Shown: piece after piece, positions 22,206 through 31,024 of the stretch | How positions within the stretch are numbered: position 1 is the first letter of the stretch | Layout of the letters: each line of letters starts with the position of its first letter | IMG/VR virus record: IMGVR_UViG_3300013902_000001 | Location: 84,000 to 147,999 of that record | Length of the DNA stretch: 64,000 nt | Strand: one strand, 5' to 3' | Source of the DNA: a virus | Lineage: Duplodnaviria > Heunggongvirae > Uroviricota > Caudoviricetes | The notes under the pieces: model-generated | Database searches by the model: none | Told to the model about the DNA's origin: nothing | Seen by the model: the letters and a program-made list of their open reading frames with translations, nothing else | Program-made: the position numbers and the translations under genes

Positions 22206-22679
22206 TTATTCGGCATCAACAATTTCATAAGTTACCTGCAATTCTTTATCTTTATATAGTTCATCTTTACGTATCTTTTGATTGCCCTTCCAAAATATTT
22301 CTGGATTAACTTTATAGATACCTTTCTTTATTACAGAGATTAGGTTATCTTCTTTTAATGCTTTTAATGCATTTGTTAATTGATTAGTGCTGATATCAGC
22401 TTCAGCACATATTTCTTCGCGTGTTCCTGGAGCAACAGTAATTATTCCAGTATCAAATCCGGCTCGTTTACATAGCTGTTGTAACACAATGTTGTTAATT
22501 CCAGATTTTTTCAAACTTGGAAACACTTGTAAATAATCAAAGAAAACCATATAAAAGTTTTCTGCATTTACTTTTCTTCTGATTTTTTTCTCAGATTCAT
22601 ATCGTAGGTATTCCCCATTTTCATCTACGACTTCTTTTACTATTATTTGTTCTGTCATAGTTAAATTTAATTTTAGCAC
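22206..22679 (-). CDS. Winged-helix/HTH DNA-binding protein: a regulator or replication-initiator-like protein
   Basis: 157 aa. HTH-like segment GIITVAPGTREEICAEADISTNQLTNALKALKEDNLI. It is divergent from a repeat-rich AT-rich region. Confidence 0.4.
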   Translation of the reverse strand: MLKLNLTMTEQIIVKEVVDENGEYLRYESEKKIRRKVNAENFYMVFFDYLQVFPSLKKSGINNIVLQQLCKRAGFDTGIITVAPGTREEICAEADISTNQLTNALKALKEDNLISVIKKGIYKVNPEIFWKGNQKIRKDELYKDKELQVTYEIVDAE

Positions 22680-22900
22680 AAAATTACTATAATCTAATAC
22701 ATAAAAAAAGTGTAATTTATTATTTTATAAATGTGCACTTTACACTAGCCTGATTAATTTTTTACACAAAATGAAGTGTATAAAATTCATTTTAAAAGTG
22801 TAATACACAAATAAAATGTAAACTTTCTCCTTTTACGACAATTAATTTATCGTATACGTGTAGACAATTATCGGAGAAGTGTAAATCAAATTTCCTCAAA
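22680..22900. promoter_or_regulatory. Divergent control region with iteron/operator-like GTGTAA repeats
   Basis: AAGTGTAAT at about 22707, GAAGTGTATAAAA at about 22773, AAAAGTGTAATACAC at about 22794, GAAGTGTAAATC at about 22876. Reverse copies TTACAC at about 22741 and about 22765. Confidence 0.4.
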
Positions 22901-22918
22901 TCCCTTTATTGATGGGGC

Positions 22919-23155
22919 TTGCAGAGGAATTTTGGAGTAATTTCCTTCTTATCTAATACTACCGTTAAAATCAGTAATATGAAACAGTTTTGTAAGTATA
23001 CCTTCCTAGCTATGTTTGTAATAGCTATGGTGTTAATAATAGGCGGTTGCTTCCGCTTTGTAATAGAAGCAGAGTTCGTTTCTTGGTTTGGATGTGCAGG
23101 GATACTATTAGTTGCTAGTAGTATTCCAGCACTAATCTACGAGATGATGCCATGA
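22919..23155 (+). CDS. Small membrane protein
   Basis: 78 aa with two hydrophobic segments. Confidence 0.35.
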   Translation: MQRNFGVISFLSNTTVKISNMKQFCKYTFLAMFVIAMVLIIGGCFRFVIEAEFVSWFGCAGILLVASSIPALIYEMMP

Positions 23156-23398
23156 TAGATTGGGTTGTTTCATGATTTTTTGTTTTTGTTCCTTCCTCAA
23201 GTCGTGATGATTCGGGATAGGATTTTTAAAATCAGCTGAGGATTAAATAGATATTTTAGTTTTGTTAAGATCGAGTTTTTCTTTTATAAAGGAAATGATA
23301 TCTTTGCATACCGGACACTAAGTCTAGCGCAAATTAGGGTCTGGGTGTATTATAGAAAAAGCGGACACGATAGATAACTATTTGATAATCAGTGAGTT

Positions 23399-24856
23399 AT
23401 GACGACAAAAATTATTACTATGGACAGATTAGATTATCTGTCAAACAAATTTGAACAGCTTCCGTCGAACTGTATCTTCAATAAAGGCATGACTGGATGT
23501 GGTGGAAGTTACTTAGAATTACATTCAAAGCGAGATTCAATTATTCTTGTTCCAACTGTTGAACTTGTAAAGAATAAAACCGAAAAGGGTATTCAGCCAA
23601 TTTATTCAGCTGTCAAGGATAGTGCAGTAACAAAATATCTCGAATCAGATATTCCTTATAAAAAGATAATTGGAACTTACGATTCTATTTCTCGTATTAT
23701 AAGGTTAATTGATCCGAAGAAATATTTCCTTTTAATAGATGAGTATCATGTTCTATTTAATAGCTATGTCTTTCGAGATGAAGCTATAAAGAATGTGCTT
23801 AATCATTATAAGGATTTCAAAGCATTTTGTTTTATGAGTGCTACCCCGTTAGAGGATTTATGTATTCTTAAAGAACTAGAAGATATTGATCAAATAACGT
23901 TAAAATGGAAAGATTCAGTACCAGTAAAGATTAATATTATCGATACTTATTTTACGACAAATGAGTTATTTAATCTATTTAATAATGACACAAATCCTGG
24001 TAATTGGCATATTTTTCTCAATTCTGTTGGAACCATCCGACAAATAGTTCCAAAACTTGACGACGAATATAAAGTAGTTTGTTCGGCTATTAATAAAAAG
24101 CAAGCAAAACTTAATTATGGAACAACACTAGATAAACCAAAGAAATATAATTTCTACACATCTTGTTCATTTGAGGGATGTGATATTTATGACAAATATG
24201 GAAAAACTGTAATAGTTTGTGATACTAGTATATCCACAACTATTCTTGACATATCAACTCTTATTCGACAAATCTGTGGAAGATTAAGAGATTCTGTTTA
24301 TAAAGATCAGATTACTCTAATTCTTAATACACAAAAACATAGATATGCTGCAGTAAAGCCATATAACTTTCAATTAATGGTTCAAGATAATATTCGAGAT
24401 GGTAAACGATGCGAAGAACAGTTCAGAAATTTTTCAGATCGTGATAAGGCTTTGGAACGAAGAAAGTATTCTCCTGAAACTTATAATTCCTTTTATGCTA
24501 ATATGTATGAGGGAAATATCTTTTATGACGATAATCTTCGTAGAATGGATGAATATAACTATAAATTAGTTAGTGAGATTTATGATAATTCTATTACAGT
24601 AATGAAAAAGTGTGAAGAAACTCATTTCGAATCAACGAATCAATTTACTAAAGGGGATACTTGGGTTAAGGAAAAGCTTTTAAATAAAGAATATACTTAT
24701 GAAGAAATTGAAAGTATTTTTAAACCTATTGCTGAAAGTTTAGGTTTGACTTGGTCTAGAAGAACTAGTATTGATGAGTTCTTTCCCCATTATATTAAAA
24801 AGCGAAAGATTATTCAAGGTATTAAACATACAGTATATAAATTTAATTTTCAATAA
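23399..24856 (+). CDS. SF2 helicase-like protein (DExH/SAT-like motifs)
   Basis: GMTGCGGSY (P-loop-like), LLIDEYHVL (DExH), CFMSATP (motif III-like). Confidence 0.4.
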   Translation: MTTKIITMDRLDYLSNKFEQLPSNCIFNKGMTGCGGSYLELHSKRDSIILVPTVELVKNKTEKGIQPIYSAVKDSAVTKYLESDIPYKKIIGTYDSISRIIRLIDPKKYFLLIDEYHVLFNSYVFRDEAIKNVLNHYKDFKAFCFMSATPLEDLCILKELEDIDQITLKWKDSVPVKINIIDTYFTTNELFNLFNNDTNPGNWHIFLNSVGTIRQIVPKLDDEYKVVCSAINKKQAKLNYGTTLDKPKKYNFYTSCSFEGCDIYDKYGKTVIVCDTSISTTILDISTLIRQICGRLRDSVYKDQITLILNTQKHRYAAVKPYNFQLMVQDNIRDGKRCEEQFRNFSDRDKALERRKYSPETYNSFYANMYEGNIFYDDNLRRMDEYNYKLVSEIYDNSITVMKKCEETHFESTNQFTKGDTWVKEKLLNKEYTYEEIESIFKPIAESLGLTWSRRTSIDEFFPHYIKKRKIIQGIKHTVYKFNFQ

Positions 24857-24860
24857 AATA

Positions 24861-25214
24861 ATGAAAAAACTCCTTCTCGCCTTTCTATTACTAGGTAGTA
24901 GTCTGGCTTATGGCAAAACTGTTTATACACACAGATTCTATGCCATAGAAAATCTCATCACATCTCAAACGCTTGTAATAGAAGGATCTATTCGAATAGA
25001 ACCTGATGTTATGCTTACCATGCACTTTAATGAGATGGATGAAGGTGATACTTATAAGATTTTATCAGTAGTAAGATCTTATGAGAATGTAATTTATTAT
25101 TTGAAAAGTTATACAAATGATAAATGTGCTAAATTAATTTTTAATAGATCTTGGTCTCGTGCTAGATTTATTTCAGATACATTAGATCTTAATTTTCACT
25201 TTTATCAGGTATGA
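24861..25214 (+). CDS. Secreted or lipoprotein-like protein with a signal peptide
   Basis: MKKLLLAFLLLGSSLAYGKTVYTH... starts just after the previous stop. Confidence 0.45.
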   Translation: MKKLLLAFLLLGSSLAYGKTVYTHRFYAIENLITSQTLVIEGSIRIEPDVMLTMHFNEMDEGDTYKILSVVRSYENVIYYLKSYTNDKCAKLIFNRSWSRARFISDTLDLNFHFYQV

Positions 25215-25450
25215 GAACCAGAATTAACAAAATTCCCGTCTATATCGATGGATCTAGACGATATAATCGTAGTGGAGAAGCTACTAAAGATAAAATCTCA
25301 CGTCTAAAGAAAGAGCTAGGTCCGATTGAAATCATAACTCATACTGTTATGAGCTTCGGAGAAGAAATCATCATCGATGAGAGTGACATTGAGATTTATC
25401 GTGAGTTAAACATAGAAGTTCGGGAGAAAATTGTAATCAAAAATCGGTGA
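25211..25450 (+). CDS. Hypothetical small protein
   Basis: ORF track, 79 aa. Confidence 0.3.
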   Translation: MRTRINKIPVYIDGSRRYNRSGEATKDKISRLKKELGPIEIITHTVMSFGEEIIIDESDIEIYRELNIEVREKIVIKNR

Positions 25451-25779
25451 TTTTGGAGGGAAAAGTGGAAAATAGTCCGTTTCACGCTCTTGGGAAGCCT
25501 ATTTTCTCATTTTCCCCTCAAAAAATTCCGTGAGGGCGCGGGGCCACTACACTCGAACGAAAATTTTTTATGTTTTTCCCAAAAATTCCCTTACATTACT
25601 CTCACTTCAATTTCACTACCCTAACTTTCAATAAAACCCATTTTAATTTAAACCAATAATATGTATACTTATTTAGTCGGAGGTCATCCATATCACAGTG
25701 GCCAAAAAGCGTCTGATTATCAGTGTGATTGCACTGGAAAAATTATTCAAATTTCCTTCCCAGAAGGAGCTAAAGTAAC

Positions 25780-26100
25780 TTGGTGATGGACTATTTTTCT
25801 AGACCTATTGGAGATATTTTCTCATTAAAAGATAAAACCTATCAAGTGATTAAACGTCTTGATAGATATGCTTGTTGCGAGTGTGATCTTAACTATGAAA
25901 CCTGTTATAAATATCTTGATCTGACTGGCTATTGCGATGCTTCTCGTAACGATGATAAACGTGTAGCATTTAAACAAATAAACAATATGACAGAAGTTAA
26001 AATTACCGTTCCTGAAGGAATGGAAATTGATGAAGAAAACAGCACTTTTGAATGTATTAAGTTTAAACCTGCAAAATCTCATTCTTGGGATGAGAATTGA
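25780..26100 (+). CDS. Cys-rich small protein
   Basis: CCECDLNYETCYKYLDLTGYCD. Confidence 0.35.
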   Translation: MVMDYFSRPIGDIFSLKDKTYQVIKRLDRYACCECDLNYETCYKYLDLTGYCDASRNDDKRVAFKQINNMTEVKITVPEGMEIDEENSTFECIKFKPAKSHSWDEN

Positions 26101-26363
26101 AACAAAATACTTATTTCTCTTCTGATGAAATTAAAAGTTTTATTGCATTATTCAAACTTCGACTTCTTCGAAATGAATGGGTAAATCGGCCTATAACTGA
26201 AAAAGAAGTTTTCTTTCCGACTAAAGTTAGTGGTAAAGTTTGGGATGTCAATCAAAAACCTCGAGTAAACAGTAATTTGACAGATTGGCTGATATTTCCA
26301 AATAGAGACTTGTGTAATCTGTTTATACATTACTTTGGATATCTTCTCAACGAAACAATATAA
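26097..26363 (+). CDS. Hypothetical protein
   Basis: ORF track, 88 aa, overlapping starts and stops. Confidence 0.3.
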   Translation: MKQNTYFSSDEIKSFIALFKLRLLRNEWVNRPITEKEVFFPTKVSGKVWDVNQKPRVNSNLTDWLIFPNRDLCNLFIHYFGYLLNETI

Positions 26364-26651
26364 TCTTCACCTTAATCAGAGTCAGTTCGCCGCTGTATGA
26401 TAGATAAAAGAATGACTGTTTAGTGTTGAGCTGTAGGTCATTATTAGTGAAGATTTAAGAACCTAGCACCCTAATCACACATAAAGTAAACTGTACAAGT
26501 AGGGTAACGCATATCAATTATAGGAATAACTGCCCGTGTGAGCTGTAGGTTATTTTTAGTGCTAGGTTCTTTTTTATGAAATTATGGGTATCTAATAAAG
26601 CTGACAACTAGGAAAGACTAACAGGTTACCAGATCCTTAAAACTGGTTTTT

Positions 26652-26994
26652 GCTGCTGTGGCGAAATCGGAAGTACGCATCAGACTTATTATTGAGTGCT
26701 TTAAGAGAAATCTTAGAAGTAGAATTCCCCTAACAAACCGAAACCTCGTTTATGGCGACATAAACTTTGGCGAGGGCTCTCTAAATTGAGGTAATTTTTT
26801 GATCGAGAATATCTACCTCATAAATGGCGTAGAGGCCATACAGGGAATACCTATACTGATAAAGTGTTATCAGCATGGTAAAGAAATGGTCCAGACTACA
26901 AAATCTCTCTGAGATTGCTCGTATCAAAGCGAGTGTGGTTTCGAAAATCTGAGGGTTTGAAAAAACCGTGTGGGTTCAAGTCCCACCAGCAGTA
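26652..26994 (+). tRNA. tRNA-Leu(UAA) with a group I intron of about 256 nt (26688-26943) between U34 and A35
   Basis: Acceptor GCTGCTG/CAGCAGT. D-arm GCG-AAATCGGAAGTA-CGC (Leu type II-like). Anticodon stem TCAGA/TCTGA. Loop CTT|intron|AAAA: only this split has the exon ending in U and the intron ending in G. Long variable arm GGGTTTGAAAAAACCGT. T-arm GTGGG-TTCAAGT-CCCAC. Confidence 0.65.
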
Positions 26995-27367
26995 CAAAAG
27001 TTTTTTCATATATATTAAGGTATAAACTTATTGTAGGGGAAGTTTCTCGTTTTATAACCTATCCCTCTTTACGAATTGAAACCGACTAAAGTAAGGTTAT
27101 AAGTGGGTTTCAAAAACTTGACTTCCCGGGAGTCTTTACTGCTAAGTTATCCTAGATGGTTATAAGCAGATTTTTAACTGTTTCCGAGGCAAATAAAAGA
27201 TAGTATATAATATCTTTTATGGTTGGGGCGCGGCGAATAATAAGTTTTCCGGACCTTATTATTCGGATAGGAAACAGTTTTTGCCTATTAGATTAAAGGC
27301 AGATCGTTAGCTTTTCAAGCTAAAGAACTAGGATCGTTACCTAGATAGGCTACTAATTACAATTATT

Positions 27368-27562
27368 ATGTTTGGATTTTTTATTTGTCTCAGTATAATC
27401 CTATATGTAATTGCTATAGGAGTAATGATGTTCTTTTTAGACCCATTTACTGATAGTTTTATTCTTCAATGGATAGGTTCTTTATTTTGGCCTATTACAG
27501 TATGGATAGTTAGTTTAATCATCATCATTAAATATCTAAGAAATGAAAGAAGTAACTTATGA
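27368..27562 (+). CDS. Small membrane protein
   Basis: 64 aa, two TM-like segments. Confidence 0.35.
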   Translation: MFGFFICLSIILYVIAIGVMMFFLDPFTDSFILQWIGSLFWPITVWIVSLIIIIKYLRNERSNL

Positions 27563-29465
27563 AATTTTCCAACAGAAGTTGGAGAAATTCAGAAATCATT
27601 CAGATTTTATTTTTGACTTAAAAATCTGGGTTAATAAGCATTTAAAACCTATCTGGTTAAACTCTATAGGTCATTGGTTTATAGAGCATATTTTTCCTAG
27701 AACTTGGTGGGATATGTATTCTTTCCCTTACTATTACGAAGCCAATAAAGATAATTATCCTTATACTAAAGAACTATCTATGATTGGTAAAAAGATTACT
27801 GATGGCTGTAAAGAAGGAGTAGTTCAAAGGATTATAGTATTCTTAGACGACTCTTATTATGAAGTAACAGATGATGGTTGTACCCATCTTATATTGTGTA
27901 ATTCGCAAATAGAAGTATTATGAGTAATTACGAAGGAAAACTAGAAAAACTCATACAGAAATGCTATGATGACATTGCTGCTTATGTAAAAACTTATTTT
28001 ACTTCTGTAGAACAAGGTAATGGTATGGTTGATGTAGTAATTTATGAAAAGAAATTACCAGAATTACGAGCAGTAACTCACCTAAATCCTGGCGATGATA
28101 CTTTAATTACAGTTTATATTGATACCATCCGTTATATGGATTTTGGTAGTAGTGGCTCTATCTATCTTAGAGGACAGTTTGTTAATATCCCTATAGAAGA
28201 ACTTACTAATAATGATGTTTGTTGTTTAGCAGATTATGTAAATAGTTTATGATATAATGAATTACAGCCAAACAAATAAATTGAAGAATAAAGCCATTAA
28301 ATTAGGAATGATTAAATGGCTTCAAGTTCTTGATTTACTGGAGCAACACAAATGGAAAACTATAAGTTTTGGAATCATTATTTTAATTTATTTATAAAAA
28401 TTTATGAAAAGTAAGTTTTTTATTACTCCTATTATTTCAAACATACTAGAAAAGAAAAGATGTCCTTTTCCTCATACCTATTGTGTAATTATAGATTGGC
28501 TAGATTCAAAAGGCTACGTAATAACCATAGAAGTTGCTTATTATGATATAAATAATTATTCTTTTAGAAGTAACTTATATTATAAAGCTGAAAAGATATA
28601 TACTTCTGAATGGATGCAATCTAGAGAAAAAGCATTAGATGCTAGTATTCTTAAAACGTTGGAAGATTATTTATGACAAAAGAAGAACAAGAACAATGGA
28701 AACAATAAAAATAAACGGTAAAGAGTATTTGCTTGATATAGAGCAAGCAAAATCTCAAGGTCTACTTAGAGAGAAATACAATAGACCACGGAGTTGGGAG
28801 GAGTATGTCAATACTCAACCGTGTGGTGTTAATTCTACAAATGATGTATATCATATTGGAGAATATGATTCTTTCAATTCTTTAGAAGAAGCCAAAGCCT
28901 TTTGTGCTCTCGGCAAGTTAATTCAACTCCGAGACGCTTGGTGGGGTGATTGGAGACCTAACTGGGAAGATAATGAATATAAATATAATATTGAAATATA
29001 TTTTAACAGGATTGATATTGCATATCATGCCAATCTGTCGTATATTCTCGCTTTTCCAACGGCAGAAATGAGAGATGATTTTCTTAATACTTTCCGAGAT
29101 TTAATCGAACAAGCTAAAATGTTTTTGTAATGAATATTTTATTATTAATTTTACTAATTCTTTGTTGGATATGTAGTTTTATGTTATTAGCAGGCACAGT
29201 ATTATCTAACAGATATTTATGGGCTGCTAAAATAATGTATAAACTATTACTTCCACAAGATTACAGGGACTATAAAGAAGCACTTTCTTTACCAAGTATT
29301 CCTATTTGTAATAAAGATAGTGAAAAACCAAATGGATATTATATCTATTGGTTTAACGATAAACATCAGGCATTATTTTATGATACTGAGTGTGTATTAA
29401 GCGATGGTCCTTTGTTAAAAAATCTTATTAAGAAACAACAGCTGTCCGAAGTGACGTCCAAGTAA
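27543..29465 (+). CDS. Run of six small early hypothetical genes (27543..27923, 27920..28252, 28404..28676, 28639..29130, 29130..29465) with overlapping starts and stops
   Basis: ORF track. No recognisable domains. Genes are tightly packed in the same direction. Confidence 0.3.
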
Positions 29466-29555
29466 TACAGATCGTAACACATATTTATTCGTATTATAAA
29501 TATTCGCATCGTATGGCGACAAGTGTGAGGACTTGGTGGTTTTCCTCTTTTTATT

Positions 29556-30476
29556 ATGAAAATAGGTAATGTAGTTCAAATATCTCCAAATATTCGAGAA
29601 TCTGTTCGTGGAGTTGTATCATCTATGTTAAAATATGCTGGTAAAATAGCTATAGTAACAAAAGTTCGAGATAATGTTGTTAATTTGGACATTTCTCGAG
29701 ATGATTTTGATTGGAATTGGGATGTTTTAGATCTTATTCCAGTAAACTTATCAGAAGGAGATATTGTTAAAATCTCGAATGAACTAGAGGGTAAAGATGG
29801 AATAACTGATGATATGTTAAAATATGCCGATAAGACTACTAAAATTATTAGTTTGTCAGATAATAAAGTTGTATTAGAGATAAATTCAGATTATGTTTGG
29901 CATATTGAAAATCTAATTACATTAAATACAACATTTCAATCCGGAGATAAAGTTCAAATTATTTCCGATTTATCTGTCTATGAATATGGTGTAACTGAAA
30001 AAATGCTTCAATATGCTGGAAAAACAGCAACAATTATATCACAGTGTGATGGATATTATCGTTTATCAATTGATAATTCTGAATGGGCTTGGCATCCAGA
30101 TGTTTTGACGTATAATATTATTACTTTAGATTCTCTAATTAATAGTAAGGAGATAGTTTGTTCATTTGTTGGTGGTGATAGGGAATTTCTTAGAAGTTCT
30201 ATATTAGAAGTTCGAACTAATCGTTCTGCTGTTAAATTAACAGATTGGGATAAATGGATTCCAGTTCAGCAAATTCATGCTGATGCTAAAACATTATCAG
30301 ATAAACTTTCTTCTGGCAGAGTATTTTATCAATCTCCTTATTTAGGTAAAATAGAAATATTAGAATGGGATCCTTCTGAAGAATATCCATTATTAATTAA
30401 AACTTCTGATGGAGACGAGTTTGAATTAACTCAAGAAGGTAAATTATTTAAAGATTCACAATTTTCAGTTTTATGA
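29556..30476 (+). CDS. Protein with three internal repeats of about 60 aa
   Basis: Repeated units (I/V)xISxxL...ML(K/Q)YA(G/D)KT(A/T)xIxS...W(N/H)xxxL. Confidence 0.4.
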   Translation: MKIGNVVQISPNIRESVRGVVSSMLKYAGKIAIVTKVRDNVVNLDISRDDFDWNWDVLDLIPVNLSEGDIVKISNELEGKDGITDDMLKYADKTTKIISLSDNKVVLEINSDYVWHIENLITLNTTFQSGDKVQIISDLSVYEYGVTEKMLQYAGKTATIISQCDGYYRLSIDNSEWAWHPDVLTYNIITLDSLINSKEIVCSFVGGDREFLRSSILEVRTNRSAVKLTDWDKWIPVQQIHADAKTLSDKLSSGRVFYQSPYLGKIEILEWDPSEEYPLLIKTSDGDEFELTQEGKLFKDSQFSVL

Positions 30477-31021
30477 TAGATTTTTTTCAAATTTCAGGTG
30501 CTTTTGATTGGATCATTACCCTGTTAGCATTAGGTACTTTAGTTATTTTAATTTTACAGCTTCTTCTTGGTATTTTAGGTGCTGGGGATTGGGATGTAGA
30601 TTTTAATAGCGATGGTGTATGGGATTTTGATATGTCAGCAATCCTTTCGCCTATAGGCATTATCAGATTCCTTTGTGGTTCTAGTTGGTATTTAGTTTTG
30701 GTTAATATGTCCTGTCGAAGTATTATGTGGTGGGATTTTGTTATTGCTATTATTATAGGCCTTCTGTGTGTTATAGCTATGCTTCTTCTTTATAGGCAAA
30801 CTGCTAAACTTGCTAATCACATAGAACCAGAAACAAATCTTATAGGTAAAACTGGAACTGTTTATCTAAGGTTTGGAATTGATACTTTTGAAATAGTAAC
30901 AACTATTAATGATACTTCAACCCATATTACTGTTAAATCAGAACCTGATTTTCAGTTCGATAAATTAGGACAATTAGTAACTATTACTAGTTACAAAGAT
31001 GGAATATATTATATAAAATAA
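30473..31021 (+). CDS. NfeD-like membrane protein (partner of SPFH/flotillin)
   Basis: About four TM segments, then a C-terminal beta/OB-like segment TGTVYLRFGIDTFEIVTTINDTSTHITV. Sits immediately upstream of the flotillin homolog, as in bacterial nfeD-floT operons. Confidence 0.5.
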   Translation: MIDFFQISGAFDWIITLLALGTLVILILQLLLGILGAGDWDVDFNSDGVWDFDMSAILSPIGIIRFLCGSSWYLVLVNMSCRSIMWWDFVIAIIIGLLCVIAMLLLYRQTAKLANHIEPETNLIGKTGTVYLRFGIDTFEIVTTINDTSTHITVKSEPDFQFDKLGQLVTITSYKDGIYYIK

Positions 31022-31024
31022 GAT

